DNA of 32,000 nucleotides from Thermoproteus tenax Kra 1 (GCF_000253055.1 NC_016070.1:210001-242000), one strand, 5' to 3'; positions 1 through 9,261 are shown, counted from the first letter of the stretch. Numbers and translations: made by a program. Notes: a model not told the origin generated them from the letters alone.

Positions 1-332
1 ACGTGTACGTAATATGCAGTGGTTCCGTTGTAGATCACGGTCTTGAGGTTCGCAGTGATTACGTGTTTATTGTAGTTTATTACCAATTTAGTTGTATTTG
101 AGACATAGACTATGTGGATAGTGCCCGAGGGCGTCGTAACTTGGACTAAAGTGGCGTTGCCGATCTGTGTGACGTTGGCCGCCGGACTGGTCGCGTTGAC
201 TGAGGTGGAGTTCACTGCAGTTGTGTTAGTAGTGCCGTTGGGCGTGGCGAAGGCTACGGCGTGATGGCCTCCCATGAGCACGACCGCCAGTGCCAACACG
301 GTTAGGGCTGTTATTGTTTTGACCCAGCTCAT
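1..332 (-). CDS. Secreted or surface Asn/Thr-rich protein, N-terminal part, truncated at window edge
   Basis: Manual reverse-strand translation from ATG at 332 reads MSWVKTITALTVLALAVVLMGGHHAVAFATPNGTTNTTAVNSTSVNATSPAANVTQIGNATLVQVTTPSG..., a signal peptide followed by an N/T-rich stretch, open to the window edge. Confidence 0.6.
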   Translation of the reverse strand, partial: MSWVKTITALTVLALAVVLMGGHHAVAFATPNGTTNTTAVNSTSVNATSPAANVTQIGNATLVQVTTPSGTIHIVYVSNTTKLVINYNKHVITANLKTVIYNGTTAYYVH

Positions 333-437
333 AGGCGCTGTGCAAGCCCGTCTTAAAAAGGAATATTTTTCAGGCGATGCGGAAAGGCCGGCCCCCGCGT
401 TTCGCCCAGGAGGAACGGCCTCTGAGGGCCATTCCTC

Positions 438-1364
438 CTATCTGAAATGCGCCAGATACCAAAGGTAGCCCACGATGCCTATGGGCGCCGTGAGGCCGAA
501 GTAGCCGCGCCACACCGCGAGGGCCTCCAGGAGGGAGACGACCACGGCGATCGTCACGGCTGTGGTTGTGGCGGGGTCCAGGGAGTAGACGCCGAGGGCC
601 ATCGCGAGGCCCGGGTAGAACGTGCCGTATAGGGCCTTCTCTCCGACTATAGCTCCTATGCCGTCTTCGTCTCTGCCTCTGTAGACCAATATGAGCCCCA
701 CAACCGACTCGGGGATGACGGTGGCTATGGGGACGAGGACGACGGCGAGCGCCGCCTCGTCTAGCCCCAGCGCGCGGCCCAAGCCTGCTATGCCCTCCAC
801 TAGCCACTCAGCGCCGAGATACAGTGCGGCCAACGCGACGGCCAGCTGTAGCAGAGGGTTCCTCAGCCACAGCTTGGAGACGGCCGAGGGCTGTCCCTCC
901 CTCTTTATCAACATATAGGCGTATATAAAATACAGCGCAACTATGGAGAGCCCATATATACGCCCGTAGAGGCCGTAGCTCTGGGGGTGGAGCCAGAGTA
1001 TAGGTATCAAGGGGAGCGTGAAGGCCAACAGCGGCGCTGCCACTACCTTGTGCACGTGGGGGATCGGGCTGGCCCTTCTGTGGGACAGCCACGCGATGAA
1101 GGCTGTGGCGACCACCGCAGGGTAGATAATTGTGGAGGCCATGAAGGGCTGGGCTACTATGGAGCCCCACGCTATTCCCCCCTCCCCTCTGAGGATGGCG
1201 ATGAGGAACACGGCGAGCTCAGGGCTCGACGTTATCAACGGGGCGAAGACGGTGGCAACGCCGAAGGAGGACCTCCTCCACCTCCACGATATATACCCGA
1301 TCAGCTGCTCCACGAGCAGTCCGGCGACCAGAGTCAACGCGAGCCCGGGGATCAGCTGCAGCAT
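438..1364 (-). CDS. Sodium/calcium exchanger (CaCA) family membrane protein
   Basis: 308 aa polytopic membrane protein with two related halves: SSPELAVFLIAILRGEGGIAWGSIVAQ and ATVIPESVVGLILVYRGRDEDGIGAIVG resemble the paired alpha repeats of CaCA antiporters. Confidence 0.65.
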   Translation of the reverse strand: MLQLIPGLALTLVAGLLVEQLIGYISWRWRRSSFGVATVFAPLITSSPELAVFLIAILRGEGGIAWGSIVAQPFMASTIIYPAVVATAFIAWLSHRRASPIPHVHKVVAAPLLAFTLPLIPILWLHPQSYGLYGRIYGLSIVALYFIYAYMLIKREGQPSAVSKLWLRNPLLQLAVALAALYLGAEWLVEGIAGLGRALGLDEAALAVVLVPIATVIPESVVGLILVYRGRDEDGIGAIVGEKALYGTFYPGLAMALGVYSLDPATTTAVTIAVVVSLLEALAVWRGYFGLTAPIGIVGYLWYLAHFR

Positions 1365-1394
1365 GGCCGCATTATTATATACCTAAATATAGAT

Positions 1395-2294
1395 ATGGAG
1401 TTTAAACCTGAGCTCAAAGTCGTCACAGAGAGGGGGGACCTGGGCCGGGAATTCTTTCAATTGCTCCTTGCTGTGGAGCTTTCGGGCTCCCTCAAGGGGG
1501 CCTCCGAGGCTCTGAAGGTGCCGTATTCAACGGCGTGGAACACTGTGGCGAGGGCCGAGAGGATCCTCGGCGTCAAGATAGTTGAGGCCTCCAAGAGGGG
1601 AGGCACCACCCTCACCGACAGAGGGCGGGAGCTGTTGAGGCGTTATATGGCGGAGGCGGGCAAGATGGGGCTCGTCCTCGGGCTGAGCGACTTCATATAT
1701 GCGGGAAGCCACGACCCGATTGTTGAGGCCGCCCTCCAGAGGTCTGAGGCGTATTTCGTGGGCTCTATGCGGGGCCTCCTCCTCGTGTCGGAGGGGCTGG
1801 CGCACTTCGGCGGCATCCACCTCGGCGATAACGTCCAGGCGGTGCGGATATACGGCGGAGGGCTCCGTCTGATCCACGGGTTCAAGCGGGAGGTGGGCGT
1901 GGCGTCGAGGCGGGAGCTGAGGCGGCTCAGGGACATAGTGGGCCTCAAAATAGTGAACAGACAGCCAGGCTCCGGGACAAGGCTCCACATCGATAGAGTC
2001 CTCTCTACGCTCAGACTTACGCCTGAGAAAGTGCCCGGATACGACAGAATAGCGCCGACTCACGACGAGGCTGCGAGGATCGTTGCGGAGGGAGAGGCGG
2101 ACTACACTATAACTCTGCGCTATGTGGCCGAGAGGTACGGGCTCTACTTTATGAAGCTCTGGGACGAGGAGTTCGACTTCGTCTGCAGACGCGGGCTCGA
2201 GAGGCGTGTGGCTCAGTTCGTGAGGGAGCTGGAGCTGGGGCCCGGCTACGCCCCTAAGCCCAATATGGGCCGGGTTGAGCCAACTATTAAATAG
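1395..2294 (+). CDS. ModE/LysR-type N-terminal HTH fused to periplasmic-binding-protein-like domain; transcriptional regulator
   Basis: ATG at 1395, trimmed from the longer track ORF. MEFKPELKVVTERG...LLAVELSGSLKGASEALKVPYSTAWNTVARAERILGVKIVEASKRGGTTLTDRGREL is a ModE-like wHTH. Downstream LKIVNRQPGSGTRLHIDRVL...THDEAARIVAEGEADYTITLRYVAERYGLYFMKLWDEEFDFV is typical of the PBP-like domain in molybdate-type regulators. Confidence 0.8.
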   Translation: MEFKPELKVVTERGDLGREFFQLLLAVELSGSLKGASEALKVPYSTAWNTVARAERILGVKIVEASKRGGTTLTDRGRELLRRYMAEAGKMGLVLGLSDFIYAGSHDPIVEAALQRSEAYFVGSMRGLLLVSEGLAHFGGIHLGDNVQAVRIYGGGLRLIHGFKREVGVASRRELRRLRDIVGLKIVNRQPGSGTRLHIDRVLSTLRLTPEKVPGYDRIAPTHDEAARIVAEGEADYTITLRYVAERYGLYFMKLWDEEFDFVCRRGLERRVAQFVRELELGPGYAPKPNMGRVEPTIK

Positions 2295-2311
2295 GGAGCT
2301 CCGCAACCTCC

Positions 2312-3481
2312 ATGCGGACCGGCCTCGTTTTGGCGCTCCTCTCGGCCCTCCTCGCCGCAGCCCTAGTCTACCTCTATCTGCAGTACTCAGCTCTGGCCGG
2401 CTCGTACACAGATCTACAGAACAGATATCAAGCTCTGAGGAGCGAGTACGCCCAGCTCTCCAGCCGGCTCTCCTCTCTCCAGACAGACTACCAGAGGCTG
2501 CAGAGCCGGTACAACTCATCGCTGGCCGAGCTCGGCGCACTGCAGAGTAGATATGCGTCGTTGGAGAAGAACTACACCTCGCTCCTGGCGCAATACAGCA
2601 TTCTGGCGAACGCCTCGGCCACCAACAAGACTTGTCTTACGGCGTATGAACAATTGCTCAGCCAATATTTGGCCCTACAGAAGAGCTACGAGACCTTGAA
2701 GGCCCAGCTCGCCTCGCTTCAGCAGAACTACTCCAGGCTTTTGAGCCTATACAACGAGACGCAAAGACATATCGCCTACTTCTGCGCCGGGGCCACCCCC
2801 GCCGTCTTTCAGGCGATACACCTCGCCGAGGCGGGCGCCCTCGAGGGACAGATAGCGTACGAGGGCCAGACCGTCTGCGTCGGGGTGCAGCTGGCCGAGG
2901 GCCAGTACGAGTACCTCCTCTCGTTGTTGAACTCGAGCATGAGGGTCGGCTCCGGGGGCGTGGCGGTGGTGGAGTACCTGGACCCGACCTGCCCGTACTG
3001 CGCTCTGTTCTACGCGCTGTACGGCGGAGGGCTCGGCTCGTACGTGGAGAACGGCACGGTGACCCTCGCGGTGAGGTACTTCCCGACGCACGTATTCTCG
3101 TACTACCAAGAGGGCCAGTACGAGGCCTTCGACGCAGGCGTCGAGGCCTGGCTCTACTGGCAGTGCGCCTACGGGCAGGGGAGGCTGATGGAGGCCGTGG
3201 AGGGGACGTACGCGGTGGCGATCCGTTATCTCGCGGACTACGAGCGGACCGGCAACTCCACGGACCTCTCGGTCTATCCGCTGGCCGAGCTGTCCTATCT
3301 GTCCCAGAGCCTCCCGGGGTGCCGCGTCAACGCCACGACGGCCTGGTTGTTCCAATTCGCCAACTCTACATTGTGGCAGATCTCCTCGGAGGCCCAGAGG
3401 ATAGGCGTGCCGCAGAGCATGCTCGGCACCCCGCTGTTTGTGGTGTTCAAGCTAGCTCCCTCTCAGTATCCCTCCCCTTGA
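2312..3481 (+). CDS. Membrane-anchored DsbA/thioredoxin-like protein with long N-terminal coiled coil
   Basis: N-terminal hydrophobic segment, heptad-rich region (YTDLQNRYQALRSEYAQLSSRLSSLQTDYQRLQ...), then VVEYLDPTCPYCALFYALYGG with a CPYC active-site motif and the C-terminal cis-Pro region GTPLFVVFK. Confidence 0.75.
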   Translation: MRTGLVLALLSALLAAALVYLYLQYSALAGSYTDLQNRYQALRSEYAQLSSRLSSLQTDYQRLQSRYNSSLAELGALQSRYASLEKNYTSLLAQYSILANASATNKTCLTAYEQLLSQYLALQKSYETLKAQLASLQQNYSRLLSLYNETQRHIAYFCAGATPAVFQAIHLAEAGALEGQIAYEGQTVCVGVQLAEGQYEYLLSLLNSSMRVGSGGVAVVEYLDPTCPYCALFYALYGGGLGSYVENGTVTLAVRYFPTHVFSYYQEGQYEAFDAGVEAWLYWQCAYGQGRLMEAVEGTYAVAIRYLADYERTGNSTDLSVYPLAELSYLSQSLPGCRVNATTAWLFQFANSTLWQISSEAQRIGVPQSMLGTPLFVVFKLAPSQYPSP

Positions 3482-3743
3482 CGGAGCGGTCGTAGGCTAT
3501 CCAGTTCCGGTACCACTCCTCGTTCAGCCTCTTGAGCTCGCCCAGAATAAACTTTGTTAATTCAACAGTGGTGACAGACTCGGGCCCGTCGTCGAGCGCG
3601 CACTCTATCTTCCTCGCTATCTTTCTGGCTATCTCGGGCGGCGCTCCGGCCTTCAAAATGCTGACTACGATCTTCTCCGGTATAAACTCCTCTATGCGGC
3701 CGTCCCTTTTGATTACCTTCACAGGAGAGACTGTGGGCATCAA
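3447..3743 (-). CDS. Stand-alone ATP-cone domain protein
   Basis: VSPVKVIKRDGRIEEFIPEKIVVSILKAGAPPEIARKIARKIE...VTTVELTKFILGELKRLNEEWYRNWIAYDR matches the ATP-cone pattern (V.KRDGR.E.F...KI..SI.KA). No zinc ribbon as in NrdR and no reductase domain attached. Confidence 0.75.
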   Translation of the reverse strand: MMPTVSPVKVIKRDGRIEEFIPEKIVVSILKAGAPPEIARKIARKIECALDDGPESVTTVELTKFILGELKRLNEEWYRNWIAYDRSVKGRDTERELA

Positions 3744-3859
3744 TATATGTTTACCCTCCTAGGATACTGATATCGAAAAAGATTTCTAAAAAACAACATA
3801 TTTAAAAAGAGGCCAATAAAAAAGTCAAAAAGCTTAAATATTAACATCGTTAATACAAC

Positions 3860-5563
3860 GTGCCGAAGTTGCGCTATGCGCTCCTTGGTCCGCCCAACGT
3901 GGGGAAGTCCAGCCTATTCTACGCGCTGACGGGCATATACGTCAAGACGGCCAACTACCCGGGCACTACCATCGAGGTCCACAGAGGCCTCCTCAGACGC
4001 GGCGACATCGAGATAGTGGATCTCCCCGGCGTCTTGCACCCAGACAATCCCACCGACTTAGACGAGAAGATAGCTCTGAGGGAGGCGCTCGAGGGAGACT
4101 ACGACGGAGTGGTCGTCGTAGCTGCACCCCACGCATTCAAGGAGGCCCTCGCGTTGGCCAGGACGGTGGCGAGGAGCAAGCCTGTTATCTTCGTCTACAA
4201 TATGTACGACGTAGCGCCTCTGTCGATACCGGCCGAGGAGCTCTCGCGCAAGCTCTCGATGCCCGTGGTCTACACCTCGGCGGCGAAGAGGCTGGGCCTT
4301 GACAAGCTCGTCGACCTCATGAGGCGCGGGCCTCCGCCGTCTAGGCCGGGCGAGGCGGCCGACTTCGAGGTGCCTGCGTCGTACGCAATAAGGGGGCGGA
4401 TTTTCTCCAGCACGCCCCTCGCGGCGGCGACGTTGATCCTCATGGGCCTGGGCACTCTTCTGTTGCTCTTGGCGGCGATGGAGGGAGTGACTCCCCTGGG
4501 GGAGATCCCGTACGCAGCTATGCCGCTCTGGGACCGCCTCTCCGAGGCGGTGGCGGACTACATCAAGGCCGCCGTCCCCAACGAGGTTCTGGCGTCCTTT
4601 CTTGCAGACGGCGTGTGGAACGCGGCGTCAACTCTGGTCTCGATCTCCATCTACGTCCTCACGGCGCTCTCCCTTGTGGTCTTCTACGAGGAGAGCGGCT
4701 TGATAGGCCTCTTGACCTCGAGGCTCGAGAGGGCTTTGGCCAAGCTCGGCGTGCCCCCCAGAGGCGTCGTATGCCTCCTGGTCGGCGCCTCCTGCAACGT
4801 GCCTGCGGTCGCGTCGGCGAGAGTCCTCTGGGGCTCGGACAATAGGAAGATCACGGCGTTGCTCGCGCCGTATATGCCGTGCGCCGCCCGGCTGGCGATC
4901 TTCACAGCCGTGGCCTCCGCGGCCCTCGCCAATACGCCGTACTTAATCCCTCTGGCGGTCTTTCTGCCCTACGCCGTAGCCTTTCTGGCCGTCTTCGCCG
5001 CCTCTAAGCTCTACCAGCTGGGGCTTGGCGTAAGGCTGGCCCCCAGCGGGGAGGTGCCGCCGGCCCCCCTCCTTATGCCGAACCTCAGGATATACGCCGT
5101 AAAAATCGCGGTGGAGCTCAGAGAGTTTTTACGGAAGGTGGGCCTCCTCTTGTTCCTCACAGTTTTAGCCATATGGCCTCTGACCTCCTTCGGCCCCTCG
5201 GGCTTCACCGGCGATGCCTCAAGCTCGTATCTGGCGCTTCTGGGCAGATACCTAGAGCCGCTGTTCCGGCCGATGGGCATCCCGTGGAACGTCGTGGCCG
5301 GCCTGTTGGCGGGGTGGATATTCAAAGAGCTCGTGCTCGGCATAATGGCCGGGACAGGCGCGCTCCAGACGTTGTCCTCTCTGCCGCTGCCCTCGGTCTT
5401 GGCGGCGCTCGTGTTCATGGCCTTTTACTCCGCGTGTATAGCCACGCTCTCCTCGCTGTATAGGACCGTGGGGCTCAGACTGACGGCTATATCGGCCGCC
5501 GTCCAGCTCGCGCTCGCCTATCTGTTCGCATACGCCGTATATCTGGCGGCCAGCTCCGTTTAA
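3860..5563 (+). CDS. feoB: Ferrous iron transport protein B (FeoB)
   Basis: N-terminal G domain LRYALLGPPNVGKSSLFYALTGIYVKTANYPGTTIEVHRG, then DLPGVLHPDN, VFIYNMYD-like segment, and C-terminal Gate-type membrane segments (CLLVGASCNVPAVASARVL, GIPWNVVAGLLAGWIFKELVLGIM). TATA-like aaatatta about 25-30 nt upstream. Confidence 0.9.
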   Translation: MPKLRYALLGPPNVGKSSLFYALTGIYVKTANYPGTTIEVHRGLLRRGDIEIVDLPGVLHPDNPTDLDEKIALREALEGDYDGVVVVAAPHAFKEALALARTVARSKPVIFVYNMYDVAPLSIPAEELSRKLSMPVVYTSAAKRLGLDKLVDLMRRGPPPSRPGEAADFEVPASYAIRGRIFSSTPLAAATLILMGLGTLLLLLAAMEGVTPLGEIPYAAMPLWDRLSEAVADYIKAAVPNEVLASFLADGVWNAASTLVSISIYVLTALSLVVFYEESGLIGLLTSRLERALAKLGVPPRGVVCLLVGASCNVPAVASARVLWGSDNRKITALLAPYMPCAARLAIFTAVASAALANTPYLIPLAVFLPYAVAFLAVFAASKLYQLGLGVRLAPSGEVPPAPLLMPNLRIYAVKIAVELREFLRKVGLLLFLTVLAIWPLTSFGPSGFTGDASSSYLALLGRYLEPLFRPMGIPWNVVAGLLAGWIFKELVLGIMAGTGALQTLSSLPLPSVLAALVFMAFYSACIATLSSLYRTVGLRLTAISAAVQLALAYLFAYAVYLAASSV

Positions 5564-5591
5564 CGATAAATAGTCGCATCACTGGAGGGCC

Positions 5592-5804
5592 ATGGAGGAG
5601 GTGGACGTCAGAGGCATGCAGTGCCCCGACCCGTTGAAGGTCGTGGCCGCCAAACTGGCCGCGGCCCCGCAGGGGGCGCAGTTCAGAGTTTTGACCGACG
5701 ATTACACCTGCTACTTGATGCTGCGGAGGATGGCGGCTCTAAACGACGTCAAGATCTTGTCGTCTGAGGAGGGCGAGGTCTTCGTGTTGATCCTGGAGAA
5801 ATGA
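5592..5804 (+). CDS. TusA/SirA-family sulfur carrier-like protein
   Basis: MEEVDVRGMQCPDPLKVVAAKLAAAPQGAQFRVLTDDY: D.RG..CP.P signature of the TusA fold; 28 bp after feoB. Confidence 0.85.
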   Translation: MEEVDVRGMQCPDPLKVVAAKLAAAPQGAQFRVLTDDYTCYLMLRRMAALNDVKILSSEEGEVFVLILEK

Positions 5805-5809
5805 CGCCG

Positions 5810-6967
5810 CTACGCGAGCGCCGCCTTCAACAGCTTTATCACTTCGCCTAGGTGTCTTTCTCTGGCCTCGTCCGCGGTCTCTCCGTCGGCCGGGTCTATC
5901 CTCAGGGGGTATATGGCGCGGCCGTCTCTCATACGGATCGGCTTGCCGCTATTTGCCCATCTAACTGCCGCCTCCTCCTCTTCATCCTCGGCCTCTTCCT
6001 CCGACACGGCTGGATATACCAATATCCCAATTTTCGCACTATATTCGCACATATATGTCATCACTTGGAAGCGGCCTCTTGCGATGTAGCCCGGCCTGTC
6101 TGAGTATTTGCACTCCACCACGGCTTTCACGTCGGCGTTTGCGACAGTTAAATCCGGTCTCCCCCTCACCTCGTCCCCGGCGACCTCCTCTATTATGGAG
6201 TGGTGCGGCAATGCTCTGTTAAGATACACCGCCAGGGTTTTACCGTCCCTTTCGACTAAGACGGCGCGTTTCTCCGCGTCTATCCCCACCGTCCTCCAGC
6301 CCAAGCGCCGTAGGGCATCTAACACGAGCGTAGCTATGTACATCTCGTATAGGCGCCAGTTGATGAACTTCAACGCCTTCCCAACGCCCCTCCTCTCCCC
6401 CACGTATACCTCTCCCTCGACGAGCGCCTTGGCCGCCTTGTAGATAGCCCACCCCTGTCTTAGCCACGGCGGCGCCTCTCTTACGTCTACTGCCGCTGTG
6501 CCATATGCCTTGGGCAACCTTTTGGCGATCCGCCTCAGCCTCTCGGCGTTCTCCCTCATCTTCTCATCGAGGATAGCCTCCCTCCCCCACTTAGCTACTT
6601 TTAGGGCCATGCGCCGCAGTATTCCATACTCCGGCGCTTTAAGCGAAGGGAGATACGTCAGCGAGGCGTATACTCCAGCAGGCAGAACAGCCACTGTCCT
6701 TCCTACGTCTAAGGCGCCGAAGACATCGTCACCGTATACGACAGCAAATTCCCTATAAACCAAGAGGTCCCTAAGTGCGGCCTTCACCACTCTTGTCATA
6801 GCATTTACAAACTCGGCCAACAACGCGGAGGCTACTGTGTGTCTCTCCTCCTCCGATCCTCCCAGGAGCTTCACGGCCTTCCCCCACTCGACGTAGTGTT
6901 TTATGTACCAACGGGCCGTCAGCTCTAACAACCGCCTATCCCTAAGGCGCCACTCAGCGGACCCCAC
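5810..6967 (-). CDS. McrC-like / PD-(D/E)XK restriction endonuclease subunit
   Basis: 385 aa. Contains KFINWRLYEMYIATLVLDALRRLGWRTV and GRPDLTVANADVKAVVECKYSD, a PD...ECK-type nuclease core. Ends 3 bp from the McrB-like gene on the same strand; GTG start. Confidence 0.65.
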   Translation of the reverse strand: MGSAEWRLRDRRLLELTARWYIKHYVEWGKAVKLLGGSEEERHTVASALLAEFVNAMTRVVKAALRDLLVYREFAVVYGDDVFGALDVGRTVAVLPAGVYASLTYLPSLKAPEYGILRRMALKVAKWGREAILDEKMRENAERLRRIAKRLPKAYGTAAVDVREAPPWLRQGWAIYKAAKALVEGEVYVGERRGVGKALKFINWRLYEMYIATLVLDALRRLGWRTVGIDAEKRAVLVERDGKTLAVYLNRALPHHSIIEEVAGDEVRGRPDLTVANADVKAVVECKYSDRPGYIARGRFQVMTYMCEYSAKIGILVYPAVSEEEAEDEEEEAAVRWANSGKPIRMRDGRAIYPLRIDPADGETADEARERHLGEVIKLLKAALA

Positions 6968-6970
6968 GGG

Positions 6971-8326
6971 CTACGACTTACGCCTCCTCCTCAGGGCGAA
7001 TCCCCCAGACGACATCTCAATCAGCTCTTCAGCTCGCGGCTCGGCGAGACCCAAGGCCTGGTAGGCGCGTCTAAGCCTCTCGGCGTGAATTAACGCGCTG
7101 GGCGGAATGTCGCCTCCTCTATTCATGTTCTGATATGCGCTGTAGAGATCTTTATCTGTCTGGAAAACGTTCTCACTTACGTCAAATTTCACGATGGTGA
7201 ATCTCCTCAAGAGGGCCTCCCCCAGCAGAAACAGGTTTCTAACGTCGCGCGTGTTCATCGTGGCTAACACCCTGATCCTCTTGAGAGGGGCATCCCCCAT
7301 CTCTCTATAGTTCCGCAGGAAGGCCCTCGCCTCCTCGTCGGCCTTTTCGCCGTATCCCTCGATCTCCTCCACCAGCGACTTGGGTATTTCCCAGTCTTCG
7401 GGACTCGGCGATCTGAAGATAGAGAAGAACTCGCCGAAGGCCTTGTCTGCATCTGCCCTATTTATCTCGTCGATGATGAGGAGAAGGGGCCTCCCGCAGT
7501 TTCCGGCGGCCCTGTTGTAGGCCTTTATCAACAAGCCGCTCTTCCAGACGACGGAGCCCTCCCTTATGGTTTCCCCTCCGATCACGTCGCGCCTAAACCA
7601 CAACGCGTTCGCTGTAGCCAAAATGTAATCGCTCCCCGTCAGCCTCTTGGCGAACTCCACAGCCAACGTCGTCTTCCCCACCCCCGGCGGACCAACAAGC
7701 AACACGTTGCCGGCGTACAGCGCCGCCCCCACCTTCTCCGCCACGCCGGGATACAAGCCGCGTAGTTGCTCAACAGCAACCTTGAAGGGGGCGACCTCTA
7801 TGCCGCCTTTACACCTAGGTACAACATAGTTCCCGCTTCTCCTCGCCAGATCTAAGACAGCTTCAACTATCCTGCAGTCCACCTCGTGAAGCGACCCAGG
7901 CGCCTCAATCTTAAGCAGAAAGCCCTCCCCGCCCTCTAGATAGGCTAGCACATCGATGAAAAATTTGTAGTTCCACCCCTCTCTGCGCCTGTCAGGCCAG
8001 TACTCGCACTGGCACCAATCCACAAGGTCTTCCTTCGAAACTCTGCCGATAGCCACCACCTTCGAGTGGTACCACTCCGGCGATCCACTTGACGTGGGCA
8101 CTGCCAACACATACACCTCTCCCATTTTCTCAACGGCCTCCTTCAGCTTCTCAAAGTGCTCATACTGGGCAAACGCCCACAGGATTTTGCCATCTCTCTT
8201 CTTTGCCTTTAACGCCTCTAGACATTGGGGATCGCACTGGTCTGGATAGCGCGGCTTGAGCTCGCCTGCGATCTGCGACAGCGCGAAATGCCAGTTTGTG
8301 GCGGTGCCCCTTATTATAAAACACAT
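6971..8326 (-). CDS. McrB-like AAA+ ATPase with N-terminal putative EVE/PUA-like domain
   Basis: Walker A GPPGVGKTTLAVEFAKRL, Walker B LLLIIDEINRADADKAFGEFFSIF, sensor/MNT motif VLATMNTRDVRNLFLLGEALLRRF. N-terminus WAFAQYEHFEKLKE...EWYHSKVVAIGRVSKEDLVDWCQCEYWPDRRREGWNYKFFIDVL resembles EVE/PUA-like modified-base readers fused to McrB in archaea. Confidence 0.75.
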   Translation of the reverse strand: MCFIIRGTATNWHFALSQIAGELKPRYPDQCDPQCLEALKAKKRDGKILWAFAQYEHFEKLKEAVEKMGEVYVLAVPTSSGSPEWYHSKVVAIGRVSKEDLVDWCQCEYWPDRRREGWNYKFFIDVLAYLEGGEGFLLKIEAPGSLHEVDCRIVEAVLDLARRSGNYVVPRCKGGIEVAPFKVAVEQLRGLYPGVAEKVGAALYAGNVLLVGPPGVGKTTLAVEFAKRLTGSDYILATANALWFRRDVIGGETIREGSVVWKSGLLIKAYNRAAGNCGRPLLLIIDEINRADADKAFGEFFSIFRSPSPEDWEIPKSLVEEIEGYGEKADEEARAFLRNYREMGDAPLKRIRVLATMNTRDVRNLFLLGEALLRRFTIVKFDVSENVFQTDKDLYSAYQNMNRGGDIPPSALIHAERLRRAYQALGLAEPRAEELIEMSSGGFALRRRRKS

Positions 8327-8355
8327 AAAGTTGAAATTAAAAACCGATCTAATAT

Positions 8356-9261
8356 GTGTTAACGTTGTTCAACAGACGCATCGGCAAGAGGACGTTGAGG
8401 GAGCTTGCCTGGGAGCTCTACAGAGGTGGGGCCTACAGGCCGCCCCGCTCCGAGCTGGAGCTCGCCCAACTGGTCCAAATCCAGAGGAGGATCTCGGGGG
8501 GCGTGCCGGTGCCCAAAATGCCGTATGCCCCCGGCAATAGGAAGGTGGGGAGGATATGGACCTTCGACCTCCCGCCTGTTCTGACATGCCCCTACGCCAC
8601 CTTCTGCGGGAGGCCGGGGTCCGCCGGGCTCTACCGCGGGAGGGGGCTGGTATGCTACGACATAAACATCGCCAGGTACAACCCCCTACACCTCCTGAGG
8701 GAGTACATCAACTTCATCCACGTCGTGAGGGAGGGCTACAGCTGGCTTAGAGACTGGACCCGCTTCGTCGTGGACTATAGGGGTGCGAGGATAATTAGGT
8801 TCCACGTTGGTGGAGACTTATTTTCATACTGGTACTGGGGCTACCTCAAGAGGCTGGCGTCCGACTTCCCCCACGTGACGTTCTACCTCTACACGCGGTC
8901 GTTCCCCATTGTGGCGGCGTCGCCGGAGCGGCCGCACAACCTGGTGGTCCTCATGTCTCTAGACGGGGCCAACTACAAGGCCTATGAGAAATACGGCGCC
9001 TACTTCGACCACATCACGTATCTAGCCGCTGGCGAAGACGCAAGGGGCCAGATCCCCGCGATAGATGCCCTGGCTAAGTGGGCTGCCCAAAACGGCAAGA
9101 GGCTTATCATATTCCTAGAACACAGAAGACTCCCACAGCTGAGACAAGCCCTGGAGAAATACAGCCAGTACATCTGCCCAAACGAGCTAGGCGTAAATAC
9201 GACATGCGAAAGGTGCAGACGCTGCTTCGCGCCCCCAAGGGACAGACATTTTACGGCTTAA
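8356..9261 (+). CDS. Phage gene-product-88 (GP88)-like domain protein
   Basis: GTG start. WTFDLPPVLTCPYATFCGRPGSAGLYRGRGLVCYDINIARYN..., IIRFHVGGDLFSYWYWGYLKRLASDFPHVTFYLYTRSFPIV, and C-terminal YICPNELGVNTTCERCRRCF match the layout recalled for the GP88 family (LPxxxTCP, R.H..GD.FS..Y, Y.YT.S, CPxxxxxxxCxxCxxC). Confidence 0.65.
   Translation: MLTLFNRRIGKRTLRELAWELYRGGAYRPPRSELELAQLVQIQRRISGGVPVPKMPYAPGNRKVGRIWTFDLPPVLTCPYATFCGRPGSAGLYRGRGLVCYDINIARYNPLHLLREYINFIHVVREGYSWLRDWTRFVVDYRGARIIRFHVGGDLFSYWYWGYLKRLASDFPHVTFYLYTRSFPIVAASPERPHNLVVLMSLDGANYKAYEKYGAYFDHITYLAAGEDARGQIPAIDALAKWAAQNGKRLIIFLEHRRLPQLRQALEKYSQYICPNELGVNTTCERCRRCFAPPRDRHFTA

Noticed and set aside
987-1394. N-terminal extension of the 987..2294 track ORF
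   Set aside because: Low-complexity antisense of the CaCA-type gene; the coding-like protein begins at ATG 1395.
1527-2540. 337-aa minus-strand ORF antisense to the ModE-like gene
   Set aside because: No domain features; plus strand reading is coherent across HTH and PBP-like motifs.
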